From NCBI GenBank assembly GCA_035545155.1, contig DASZYX010000022.1, positions 1-37,675 of the forward strand: a stretch of 37,675 bases of DNA. The letters run 5' to 3'. Position numbers and translations under genes: made by a program. The notes beneath the pieces were generated by a model. The model was not told the DNA's origin. It saw nothing but the letters and a program-made list of their open reading frames with translations, and did no database searches. Shown in pieces: positions 8,658-16,874 of the stretch. Position 1 is the first letter of the stretch. Every line of letters starts with the position of its first letter. The DNA is from Fimbriimonadaceae bacterium (GTDB taxonomy: Bacteria; Armatimonadota; Fimbriimonadia; Fimbriimonadales; Fimbriimonadaceae).

Positions 8658-10259
8658 ATGCGAATCAAGCGAGTGCCTCTGCTGCTTCTCGTCCTTCCGT
8701 TCGTAATACTTGTTGCGGCGGCTTACCTTCAGTGGGCTCTGGTCGGCCTACCTCCATTGCCGCCTGTCCAGCCCTACAACCCGGCCACCGATCCAAGCGG
8801 CTTTCCCGCTTGGCTCAGAGTTACCCACTTCGTGAACTTCCTATTCATCGTGCTGCTCATCCGGAGCGGCCTCCAGATACTCGCCGATCATCCAAGGCTC
8901 TATTCGAAGATCCACTGCACCCCAGGCAGCGAGTGGATTCGTTTCACGCCGGTGGAAGTGCCAAGGGACCGCATCTATACGGCCAAGGACGACTGCGTCT
9001 ATCTGTCTCCCTGGATTGGGCTTCCTGGTCGCCGGCACACCATAGGCATGGCCCGGCACTGGCACTTCCTCAGCGTTCTCCTCTGGGTCGGCAGCGGTGT
9101 CGTCTTCGTCGTTCTGCTCTTTGCCACGAACCAATGGAAGCGGCTGGTGCCAACTTCAATGCAGATCGTGCCGGACGCGTGGGCAGTCTTCGTGCACTAC
9201 GCCACCTTTCACCTGCCGCCTGAGCCAGATACGTTCTACCGCTATAACGCGCTCCAGCAGCTGACCTATTTCGGCGTCGTGTTCATTCTGGCGCCCCTCG
9301 CGATCCTGACTGGACCGTCGATGTCGCCCGCCTTCACCTCTCGTTTCAGTTGGTATCCGAAGCTGCCCGGTAACCGCCAGATCGGGCGCTCTCTTCACTT
9401 TCTGGTGATGTGCGCCTTCGTCGCGTTCCTCATCGGCCATGTCACCATGGTTGCGATTACAGGCTTGGCTCGGAACATGAACCACATCGTCATCGGAACA
9501 GACGACGCGGGCCCCGCCGGAATCTATCTCGGACTGGTGGGTATTGCCGTAGTTGCGGGAGCCTGCTTCCTTGCCTACTGGGCGGCTTGGCACAGGCCGC
9601 GCTTGGTACAACACATTGCAAAGGCCACAGTTGGCCCCCTCATAATGTCACCCTTGGATCGATACGAATCCCGGAGTGAATTCACCCGCGAAAGCATCTC
9701 TCCGTTCATGTGGGCCAACGGCAAGGTGCCAACCTCGGATGAGTGGCGGGCTCTCAGCGAAGGCGGATTCAAGGACTATCGCCTGCGCGTGTTCGGGCTC
9801 GTGGAGAACCCCGTCGAGCTTTCCCTGGACGACATGCGGCAATTGGAGAAGAAGACACAAATCACGCTCCATCATTGCATCCAGGGATGGTCGGGCATTG
9901 CCGAGTGGGGCGGACTGCAAGTCGCCCAACTCATCCGGCTCGTTCGCCCCAAAGCTGAAGCCGGAGCCGTCGTGTTCTATTCCTTTGGCGAAGGAGGCGA
10001 GGGAGGCCGGTTCTACGACAGTCTCCCCCTCTCCAATGCCAAGCACCCTCAAACCTTACTCGCCTACGAAATGAACTACGAGCCGCTCGGGACTCTGCAT
10101 GGCGCGCCCCTACGGCTTCGGGTCGAGAACCAGCTTGGCTTCAAGATGGTCAAATGGATCGAAGCGATCGAGTTCGTATCGAACGTTGGGACCGTGGGTC
10201 AAGGCGAAGGCGGTTACAACGAAGACCATGAGTATTTCGGCGAGCGAGCCGGCATTTAG
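8658..10259 (+). CDS. Fusion protein with an N-terminal polytopic b-type cytochrome-like membrane domain (MsrQ/YedZ-like) and a C-terminal molybdopterin-binding oxidoreductase domain (MsrP/YedY or sulfite-oxidase family)
   Basis: The N-terminal ~330 aa contain about 7-8 TM helices with conserved His in helices ('VTHFVNF', 'ARHWHFLSV', 'RSLHFLVM...IGHV'). The C-terminus carries 'LHHCIQGWSGIAEWGG', 'GAPLRLRVENQLGFKMVKWIEAIEF' and a terminal Trp/Tyr-rich tail typical of the Moco oxidoreductase fold. Confidence 0.7.
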   Translation: MRIKRVPLLLLVLPFVILVAAAYLQWALVGLPPLPPVQPYNPATDPSGFPAWLRVTHFVNFLFIVLLIRSGLQILADHPRLYSKIHCTPGSEWIRFTPVEVPRDRIYTAKDDCVYLSPWIGLPGRRHTIGMARHWHFLSVLLWVGSGVVFVVLLFATNQWKRLVPTSMQIVPDAWAVFVHYATFHLPPEPDTFYRYNALQQLTYFGVVFILAPLAILTGPSMSPAFTSRFSWYPKLPGNRQIGRSLHFLVMCAFVAFLIGHVTMVAITGLARNMNHIVIGTDDAGPAGIYLGLVGIAVVAGACFLAYWAAWHRPRLVQHIAKATVGPLIMSPLDRYESRSEFTRESISPFMWANGKVPTSDEWRALSEGGFKDYRLRVFGLVENPVELSLDDMRQLEKKTQITLHHCIQGWSGIAEWGGLQVAQLIRLVRPKAEAGAVVFYSFGEGGEGGRFYDSLPLSNAKHPQTLLAYEMNYEPLGTLHGAPLRLRVENQLGFKMVKWIEAIEFVSNVGTVGQGEGGYNEDHEYFGERAGI

Positions 10260-10262
10260 AAG

Positions 10263-10616
10263 ATGATCCAAATCAAGCGGGCCTACGAAGCGACTTCAGC
10301 TACAGATGGGCAGCGCATCCTCGTCGACCGGCTTTGGCCGCGCGGAGTGAGCAAGGAGAGGGCAAAGATCGACCGCTGGGCCAAAGAACTCGCGCCCTCC
10401 ACCGCTCTGCGCAAGTGGTTCGGACACGACCCAGCTAAGTGGGCAGAGTTTCAGAAACGATACATGAAGGAACTTCTGGCGAACGGTGAAGCTCTGAGGG
10501 AGATCGCCGGCATCGCACAGGGCTGCACGGTAACCCTGGTTTTTGCGGCAAGGGATGAGCAGCATAACGAGGCCGTGGTTCTGAAGGAAATTATCGAAAC
10601 GCTTGAGGGCAAGTGA
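10263..10616 (+). CDS. DUF488 family protein (YeaO-like)
   Basis: 'LVDRLWPRGVSKE...WAKELAPSTALRKWFGHDPAKWAEFQKRY' is characteristic of DUF488. It starts 4 nt after the preceding stop. Confidence 0.8.
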   Translation: MIQIKRAYEATSATDGQRILVDRLWPRGVSKERAKIDRWAKELAPSTALRKWFGHDPAKWAEFQKRYMKELLANGEALREIAGIAQGCTVTLVFAARDEQHNEAVVLKEIIETLEGK

Positions 10617-10629
10617 TCTAGTTCTCTCG

Positions 10630-11232
10630 CTACCCCTTCCGATGAGGGGGATATACCTGGTCCATGTATTTTCTCGCGATTGCAGTCGCCCCACTTATCC
10701 GCCCATAGATCGCGTCAATCAGGAAGATGAAGAGGGCATACAGCGCAGGCAGCATGAGAAGGGCTGCAACGAGTCCTATCCCCCAATCGCGACTGGGACC
10801 AGGAACCTCGCGGAGGACGGCGAGCATCCACGACCACATCGTGACCAACGCAAGCCCTGCTGACAGGTATCCGATCCGTTTCTGGGCGAGGTTGCTCCAT
10901 TCAATGGAGCCTTTTGGTGGCAGTCGCTTTCGTACCTGAATGGTGATCCAATCGGTTTTCGCCCCTCGGCTGACGTGGATGATGTCAACAGAGGCAAAGG
11001 CAGGGCTGACTGGGCGGGGATCTAATGGCACAACCCCAGGCGAGGATGAAGCTTGCCCAAGCGGCACGTCAGCGGAACTCCCCGCCTCACCGGAGAAACC
11101 AAACGCCTTCGCCCCGAACTCGATCTGATCGCGCGGCGAGGCACTCATGATATCTCCCCAGATTCCCGATAAGTCGATCGCTTCCAGCCGGACCGATTCT
11201 CGGCTGTAGGGTGGCAAAAGTATGCTATTCAT
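10630..11232 (-). CDS. Hypothetical membrane protein (about 200 aa, two C-terminal TM helices)
   Basis: The start is at 'MNSILLPPY', preceded by GGAGG 7 nt upstream. I recognise no domain. Confidence 0.45.
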   Translation of the reverse strand: MNSILLPPYSRESVRLEAIDLSGIWGDIMSASPRDQIEFGAKAFGFSGEAGSSADVPLGQASSSPGVVPLDPRPVSPAFASVDIIHVSRGAKTDWITIQVRKRLPPKGSIEWSNLAQKRIGYLSAGLALVTMWSWMLAVLREVPGPSRDWGIGLVAALLMLPALYALFIFLIDAIYGRISGATAIARKYMDQVYPPHRKG

Positions 11233-11350
11233 TGAAAGTCCTCCGGGAGATCCCGTTTGGCTAAGGCGGACCTCAGGCAACCTGTGTTGCAGGTGTTCAG
11301 GACGGGAGCGGCCGGCCGATGTGATCGATCAACCGCGACCCGCGGAACGT

Positions 11351-12058
11351 TTACTCCACTGTCTCTGACGACTTCTCGATCGCTCTCGGAAAGAGAATAT
11401 TGTTTTCCAGATGAACGTGTTCATGAGTCTCGTGGACGAGTTCGGCGAGAGCATCGAGCATCGCTCGGTGAGTGTTGCAGGCGTTTGAGTCGGGAACGAA
11501 ACCGTCGGTCAAAACGCTCATCTTCTCCAAGGCGGCTCCAGCGTTGTCATGGTCCGCGAGCATCACCTGGATCGGCTGGCTGATTTGACGCGCGAAAGGC
11601 GTCGCCTCGCCCTCTAGCGACCGGATCGCCGGAAAGAGCATCTGATCTTCCTTGGTGGTGTGGGCTTCCATTTCGGATCGGAAGGCCTGGAATACGTCGC
11701 TTAGCTCGACAAGGCGAGGGTCCCGCTGCCCATGCCGCTCCGCGACCTTCTCCGTGAGCATCGAAAGGCGGGGCAGGGCAAGACGGAGATAGCCATGGTG
11801 GACGCTCTCGATGTGGTTGCACAGGGCCGTCAGCGTCTCCTTCGTCCAGTCGACGCTCGCTGATTGGCGGCCGGCATCGGATTCCTCAATATCCCGAATC
11901 ACTGCGGCCGGATCGAGGTTCTTGGCTGCGCAGGCTTCTTGCAGAGCCTTCTTGCCGCTGCAGCAATAATCGATGCCCCAGCGCTCGAAGACGCGCGAAC
12001 GGGTGGGCTTTTCGGCGACAAGCTGGCCGACAGGACGATCAAGGATGGATGTGTTCAT
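11351..12058 (-). CDS. Iron-sulfur cluster repair di-iron protein RIC (YtfE/ScdA family)
   Basis: The ScdA_N motif 'WGIDYCCSGKKALQEA' is present, as are hemerythrin-type di-iron motifs ('ESVHHGYLR', 'EMEAHTTKEDQMLFP', 'HETHEHVHLENNILFP'). The start is at the internal ATG at 12058. Confidence 0.85.
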   Translation of the reverse strand: MNTSILDRPVGQLVAEKPTRSRVFERWGIDYCCSGKKALQEACAAKNLDPAAVIRDIEESDAGRQSASVDWTKETLTALCNHIESVHHGYLRLALPRLSMLTEKVAERHGQRDPRLVELSDVFQAFRSEMEAHTTKEDQMLFPAIRSLEGEATPFARQISQPIQVMLADHDNAGAALEKMSVLTDGFVPDSNACNTHRAMLDALAELVHETHEHVHLENNILFPRAIEKSSETVE

Positions 12059-12069
12059 GGTTTTGTTTC

Positions 12070-12342
12070 CTACTTGGCTGGCGTTGGAATGGCAGCAGAC
12101 CCGGACAGCCTGCGGCTCTCGATAGAGTTCTTCTCGATGTAATCGCGCCACTGGATGGGCACGTCCGAGTCGACGAAGATCGCGGTAACGGGACACTCCG
12201 GCTCGCAAAGACCGCAATCGATGCACTCATCCGGATGGATGTAAAGCATGTCTTCTGCCTCGTAGATGCAGTCCACCGGGCAGACGGTCATGCAGGACTT
12301 GTCTTTGACACCGATGCAGGGTTCGGTGATGACGTAGGGCAT
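12070..12342 (-). CDS. 7Fe-type ferredoxin ([3Fe-4S][4Fe-4S])
   Basis: '[19 protein letters not shown]' and '[12 protein letters not shown]' are present. The start ATG overlaps the upstream stop (TAATG). Confidence 0.8.
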   Translation of the reverse strand: MPYVITEPCIGVKDKSCMTVCPVDCIYEAEDMLYIHPDECIDCGLCEPECPVTAIFVDSDVPIQWRDYIEKNSIESRRLSGSAAIPTPAK

Positions 12343-12860
12343 TAGCAGGCACCTCCGATAGGAGCTTGTCTCTTGGCTGTCGAACTCTGGCGAACCCGAC
12401 ATTTGATGGGGTGGGTCGGATCATTGAGCCGAAAGATCTCGGCAAGCCTGATTTGGTTGGGCTGGGTCAGATCGGCGAGGCTGAATGCACGCAACTCAGA
12501 CATGAAAGCCCCGAGTGCCGAGGACAGAACCCCCTTGAGCAAGCAAGCCGGCTCGACTGAGCAGCCTTTGCGTCTCTGGGCATCGAAGCAATCCACTAGA
12601 GCAAAGTCCGGCTCGATTGCGGTCACCACGTCTGCGACGGTAATGGAGCTTGGCTCTAACGCCAGAGCAACTCCACCGGCTCGGCCACGGGTCGACGCGA
12701 CAAGACCTTTCGCCACCAACTTGGCAACGATCCGCATGGTGTAATCCTTCGACAGATCGAGCTTGGCGGAGATCTCAGGGATCGTCGCCGAACGGCCCGG
12801 CTTGGCCGCAAGGAACATCATGATCCGGAGTGAAAAGTCGGTTTGAGCGTTCAGTCGCAT
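12342..12860 (-). CDS. Rrf2 family transcriptional regulator (NsrR-like)
   Basis: The N-terminal wHTH is '[16 protein letters not shown]...[29 protein letters not shown]'. There is a three-Cys cluster, 'C...C....C' ('[18 protein letters not shown]'). It is first in an operon with the ferredoxin and RIC genes. Confidence 0.8.
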   Translation of the reverse strand: MRLNAQTDFSLRIMMFLAAKPGRSATIPEISAKLDLSKDYTMRIVAKLVAKGLVASTRGRAGGVALALEPSSITVADVVTAIEPDFALVDCFDAQRRKGCSVEPACLLKGVLSSALGAFMSELRAFSLADLTQPNQIRLAEIFRLNDPTHPIKCRVRQSSTAKRQAPIGGAC

Positions 12861-12865
12861 AACGC

Positions 12866-12895
12866 TTCTTGATTATACATGAGTCGATGAGACAT
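12866..12895 (-). promoter_or_regulatory. Putative promoter/operator for the nsrR-fdx-ric operon. On the minus strand a TATAAT sits only about 12 bp upstream of the ATG (a leaderless-type arrangement), with adjacent repeated 'ACATGA' half-sites.
   Basis: The plus strand reads 'gattatacatgagtcgatgagacatgatttag'. Its reverse complement contains 'TGTATAAT'. Confidence 0.3.
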
Positions 12896-12998
12896 GATTT
12901 AGGTGTTCCCCGACATTTTGGAGGTTTTGAAATGAAGCTCATCGAATTGACTTTCAAACCGCCAGTTTTCAACCTGATTGAAACGCAGTCAGCGAGAG

Positions 12999-13041
12999 TC
13001 CTAAGTAGGGCGTCGGGGGGGCGAGTCCTCCGAGGCTGCCA
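12999..13041 (+). repeat. Degenerate direct repeat of the 3' 43 nt of tRNA-Arg (anticodon stem through CCA), a putative attR-like island boundary
   Basis: The repeat 'tcctaagtagggcgtcgggggggcgagtcctccgaggctgcca' matches the tRNA 'tcctaaggagggcgtcgggggttcgagtccctccgaggccgcca' with about 5 differences. Confidence 0.7.
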
Positions 13042-13073
13042 TGTTATGGTTTGCGCATTCCGGACACATAGCC

Positions 13074-13841
13074 CTAGATCGCAATGCGGAGGCCGTCGTA
13101 GGCGAGCTGGATGTTCGCGGGCAGGGTTGCGTTGGTCTTGTCGTGATCGTAATCGCTGCTGAGATGGGTGAAGTAGGTCATCTTCGCGCCTAGCTCGCGC
13201 GCGACTTCGACGGCGGCGTCGAAGTGGTAGTGGTTGGGGTGCGGCTTGTAGCGGACCGCGTCCAAGATCAGGGTATCGAGGCCGCGCAGGCGGTCCATTT
13301 CCTCGGGAGGAATGTAGTTCACGTCGGTGACGTAGGCGAAGCCGCCCACCCGCAGGGCGAGGACCTGCGTCTTTGGGCCGTGCATCACCCGCAGAATCTG
13401 GATCTCCATGCCGCAAAGCGAGATCTCCCGGCCCGGCTCGTGAAGCTCGAAACGGGGCACCTCGATCCCGGCGGGCGGATCGTTGAGGAAGGCGTAGGGG
13501 AAGATGCGGCGAATGTCGCGCTGGGAGGCCTCGTCGGCGTAGATCGGCATCGGCCGGCGCGTCTTCATGCAGATGGAGCGCAGGTCGTCCATCCCCATCA
13601 CGTGGTCGGCGTGGGTGTGGGTGATGATCACCTGGTCGATCCGCAAGAGCCCTTCCCGAGCCATCTGGAGGCGAAGCTCGGGCGCGCAGTCGACGAGGAC
13701 GTTTCCCTCCGGGCCGAGGAGGATGATCGAGCAGCGAGTCCGCCAATTCTTGGGGTTGGCGAGATATTCGGGCGCGTATTCGACGCCGAGCATCGGAACG
13801 CCGTTGCTGGTGCCGGAGCCGAGTACGACCGCCTCGGGCAT
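13074..13841 (-). CDS. MBL-fold metallo-hydrolase (PhnP/YycJ-like)
   Basis: 'VLGSGTSNGVP' and the 'HTHADHVMGMDDLR' motif are present. The start is at the internal ATG at 13841, which is 2 nt after the upstream stop. Confidence 0.8.
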   Translation of the reverse strand: MPEAVVLGSGTSNGVPMLGVEYAPEYLANPKNWRTRCSIILLGPEGNVLVDCAPELRLQMAREGLLRIDQVIITHTHADHVMGMDDLRSICMKTRRPMPIYADEASQRDIRRIFPYAFLNDPPAGIEVPRFELHEPGREISLCGMEIQILRVMHGPKTQVLALRVGGFAYVTDVNYIPPEEMDRLRGLDTLILDAVRYKPHPNHYHFDAAVEVARELGAKMTYFTHLSSDYDHDKTNATLPANIQLAYDGLRIAI

Positions 13842-13843
13842 CG

Positions 13844-14452
13844 TTACAGTTCGCCGGCCCGTTGAAGAACGACCGACGCGACGAGCGTGCTCGGCACATC
13901 GGTGTACTGAGCGACTCTTTCGATGCAGCGGGAGAAGTTTCGTTCGCCGAGATCGTCCCAATTGGTCTGGGAGCGGCGGGCCTCGGCGAGCAGGGAAACC
14001 GCCTCCTCGAAGAAGCGCGCCCGGTTCTGAGGAAGCGACTTGTTCGGGACGGCCGCGTACCTGCGGCTGAGCAGATCGTAAGTCGATTCCCAGTTGGTTC
14101 GCGCGGTCAGCTCGGCGCGCTGCTTGGCGAGAGACTGCTCGGCGAGGCGCTGCTTTTCGGCGTCGCGGCGCTTTTCGATCTCCCAGTCGGAATACTCGGT
14201 GCCGTCGATGATCCGCGCGTTGACTGGAGAGCCGAGGATGCCGGCGACCGTCGTCTCGATCAGCCGCTTCGTGATCGGCAGACGCAGATGGCCGGAAAGC
14301 TCCATCTCCGTGTGGGGAAGCCCGAGCACGAGCGTGCCGTTCTCGTAGGCGATCGGCTTGGCGAGGTTCAGGGCCGTCCAAATACCCACGCCGGTCAGGC
14401 CATTCCTGATGGTGGGCAGCGCTTCACTCCAGACCTCGACAAGTTCGGCCAT
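13844..14452 (-). CDS. Hypothetical protein (202 aa), translationally coupled to the MBL hydrolase
   Basis: The ORF is intact and in the same orientation. I recognise no motif. Confidence 0.45.
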   Translation of the reverse strand: MAELVEVWSEALPTIRNGLTGVGIWTALNLAKPIAYENGTLVLGLPHTEMELSGHLRLPITKRLIETTVAGILGSPVNARIIDGTEYSDWEIEKRRDAEKQRLAEQSLAKQRAELTARTNWESTYDLLSRRYAAVPNKSLPQNRARFFEEAVSLLAEARRSQTNWDDLGERNFSRCIERVAQYTDVPSTLVASVVLQRAGEL

Positions 14453-14605
14453 GTAGTTTGGGATTATATCCGGGCAAGCGTCCGCTGGGCTTGGAGTCGA
14501 GACAGATGCTTAACGGTTGCCCCGTGGGAAGCGCCCTCGGGGCATAATGCAGCCCCGACGAGTCAAGGCAGGGATAAAGCGCGAACAAGTTCGCGCGCTC
14601 CCCAG

Positions 14606-15148
14606 CTACCAGTCGCGGTAGGCGGCGCGCGTCTCGTCGGTGTCCATCAAGGGCACGAAGGAGAGCATCCAGGAGCCCTGCATCGTAATCATGCCGCGCA
14701 TCCCCTCGCCGCACTGATCGAACACCGGGCGCGCGCACTCGAACTCCTCGCGGCGGCGGTCGAGGAACTGGACACGCACATAGAAACGGGCCTCTTCGGC
14801 GTCGTAGTCGAAGTTATCGAAGATCATCTCGCCGATTTCATTGATGGCGAACCGCGCGACGACGCGGCCCTCTTCCTCCGGGCGGCGGGTTGCCCCGGTC
14901 GTCATGCCGCGGTTGTGGCTGAACCCGATGTAAGCGCCCGCACCGGCCAACACGATCCCCAGGAGAATCAGGACGGGGCCGAAGGCGAACAGGGCGTTCG
15001 ACCGCAAGACGAAGGCGAAGAACAGGAAAAACAGGCCGGCCGCCCCCGCCCCCACGCCGCCCATCAGCAGGTAGCCGATAAGCTTCTCTTTTTCTTCGTA
15101 AGCGGACTTCACTGAAAATAAGATAGGGTTTCTAGTCCAATAGTTCAA
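14606..15148 (-). CDS. Hypothetical membrane protein (two TM helices, Gly/Ala-rich)
   Basis: 'GGVGAGAAGLFFLFFAFVL...PVLILLGIVLAGAGAYIGF' is present. The start is uncertain because the ORF overlaps the HAD gene's stop by 17 nt. A GTG at about 15092 is possible. Confidence 0.4.
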   Translation of the reverse strand: MNYWTRNPILFSVKSAYEEKEKLIGYLLMGGVGAGAAGLFFLFFAFVLRSNALFAFGPVLILLGIVLAGAGAYIGFSHNRGMTTGATRRPEEEGRVVARFAINEIGEMIFDNFDYDAEEARFYVRVQFLDRRREEFECARPVFDQCGEGMRGMITMQGSWMLSFVPLMDTDETRAAYRDW

Positions 15149-15881
15149 GAAGCGACTGGGCGCTTGCCTGGCCCGCCGGCGCCTGGCGGGCCACCCCGGT
15201 CAGCACGAGGAGCGTATCGCAGCCCGCATCGAGGCCGCTGACGATGTCGGTTTCGTAGCGATCCCCCACGACGAGGGCGTTTTCCGGCCGCGTCCCGCTT
15301 AAACGCAAGGCCATCTCGACGAGGAATGTGTTCGGCTTCCCGATCACGACCGGCTTCCGGCCCGAGCAGGTCTGCACCGCCGCGACGACGCTTCCCGCGC
15401 CAGGCACGAAGCCATGCTCCATCGGATAGGTCGCGTCGGTATTCGTGGCGACGAAAGCCGCTCCGGCGACAATCCGTTGCATGGCCTCGTTCAGCCAGTC
15501 GTAGGTGAACTGGCGGCAAATGCCGACGACGATGGCGTCGCACTCCTCTCCGCCCGTTACCGATCGGACGCCTTTCGATTCGAGCTGCGCGATCAGGCCC
15601 GGCTCACCGACCACGAACGCACGGTTCAGGCCGCGCTCGGCGAGATAGATCGCGGTTCCGAGGCCGGAGGTGAGGACTTCGCTCGGATCGGCCTGAATCC
15701 CCATCGCGCTCAGCTTGTCGGCCTGGGCCTGAGGCGTCTGGCTGGAATTATTGGTGAGAAAGCGAACCTGGGAACCGGTCTTTCGGAGTTGGAGCAGAGT
15801 CTCGGCGGCGCCAGGAATGGCTTGCGAGCCGCGATAAAGCGTCCCATCGAGATCGAAAATGTAGAGGGGATAGCGGCGCAT
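15132..15881 (-). CDS. HAD-IIA family hydrolase (NagD-like sugar phosphatase)
   Basis: 'IFDLDGTLYRG', 'FLTNNSS', 'GKPNTFLVEMA' and 'VVGDRYETDI' are present. Confidence 0.85.
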   Translation of the reverse strand: MRRYPLYIFDLDGTLYRGSQAIPGAAETLLQLRKTGSQVRFLTNNSSQTPQAQADKLSAMGIQADPSEVLTSGLGTAIYLAERGLNRAFVVGEPGLIAQLESKGVRSVTGGEECDAIVVGICRQFTYDWLNEAMQRIVAGAAFVATNTDATYPMEHGFVPGAGSVVAAVQTCSGRKPVVIGKPNTFLVEMALRLSGTRPENALVVGDRYETDIVSGLDAGCDTLLVLTGVARQAPAGQASAQSLLELLD

Positions 15882-16874
15882 CTATGCTTGCCGGCTCAAG
15901 ACGAAGTCGCCAACCTGGGCGAGGAGCCCCTTCTCGGGGGATTCTCGCATAACGCCGATGGCATCCATCGCGAGTTCCACGTGCCTCCGCGCCGCTCGCT
16001 CGGCTTGGTCGAACGCTCCGCGCGCCTGCATCCAACCGACGATCGAGCGAAGCTCCTCGTCGGTGACTCCGTTGCCGAACCGGCGGCGGGTCAGGTCGGC
16101 TTCGTCTTGGTCCAGATGCGGCCGCAGATAGATCAGCGGCAAGGTCGCCTGCCCTTCTCGAAAGTCGCCTGCCTTCGGCTTGCCGGTCGCTTCGCTCCGG
16201 TAATCGAGGAGGTCGTCCACGACCTGGAAGGCCATGCCGATGTGATGCCCGTAGACGCCGAGGGCGCGCCGTTCCTGCTCGCTCGCCCCCGCGACGAGCG
16301 CGCCGGCTTCGCAGCAGCACTGGATGAAGCTGGCCGTCTTCATCCGCAGCACTTGGAGATGGTCCTCCTCGCTCAGCTCGAATCGGCCCCGCGTCTCCAG
16401 TTCCCGGACCTCTCCTTCCGCCATTTCGACCACCGACTGGCTCACCGTGCGGATGATTTCGAGGTCGCCGTCCTGAGCGAGAATAACCATCGCCTTGGCG
16501 AGAAGCACGTCGCCTGCCATGATCGCCGCGGTGTTTCCGTAGACGGCGCTCGCCGTCGGCTTCCCACGGCGGGTGGCGGCATGGTCGATCACGTCGTCGT
16601 GGATCAGGGTCGCCATGTGGATCATCTCCATGCAGGCTCCGATCCTCCAAATCCGGCTCGGCTCGAATTCCGTGCCGATCACTCGGGCCGCGAGGGCGAC
16701 GAAGGCCGGCCGCAGCCGCTTGCCTCCCGCTTCCAGCGTGTGTTTGCCGGCGTGCTGGACGAGCTCGACGTTCGAGACGACCTGCCGCGCCAGCTCTTCC
16801 TCGACCGAGGCGATCTCGCCCGCGATTTGACTGAGGAGGTCGCGCCCTTCCTTGCTTCCGGGTACGGCGATCAT
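15882..16874 (-). CDS. Polyprenyl diphosphate synthase (IspB/HepT-like, trans-isoprenyl)
   Basis: The first DDxxD motif is 'LIHDDVIDH' and the second is 'QVVDDLLDY'. 'GKPTASAVYGN' is also present. The start is the internal ATG at 16874, which overlaps the ubiE stop (ATGA). Confidence 0.85.
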   Translation of the reverse strand: MIAVPGSKEGRDLLSQIAGEIASVEEELARQVVSNVELVQHAGKHTLEAGGKRLRPAFVALAARVIGTEFEPSRIWRIGACMEMIHMATLIHDDVIDHAATRRGKPTASAVYGNTAAIMAGDVLLAKAMVILAQDGDLEIIRTVSQSVVEMAEGEVRELETRGRFELSEEDHLQVLRMKTASFIQCCCEAGALVAGASEQERRALGVYGHHIGMAFQVVDDLLDYRSEATGKPKAGDFREGQATLPLIYLRPHLDQDEADLTRRRFGNGVTDEELRSIVGWMQARGAFDQAERAARRHVELAMDAIGVMRESPEKGLLAQVGDFVLSRQA

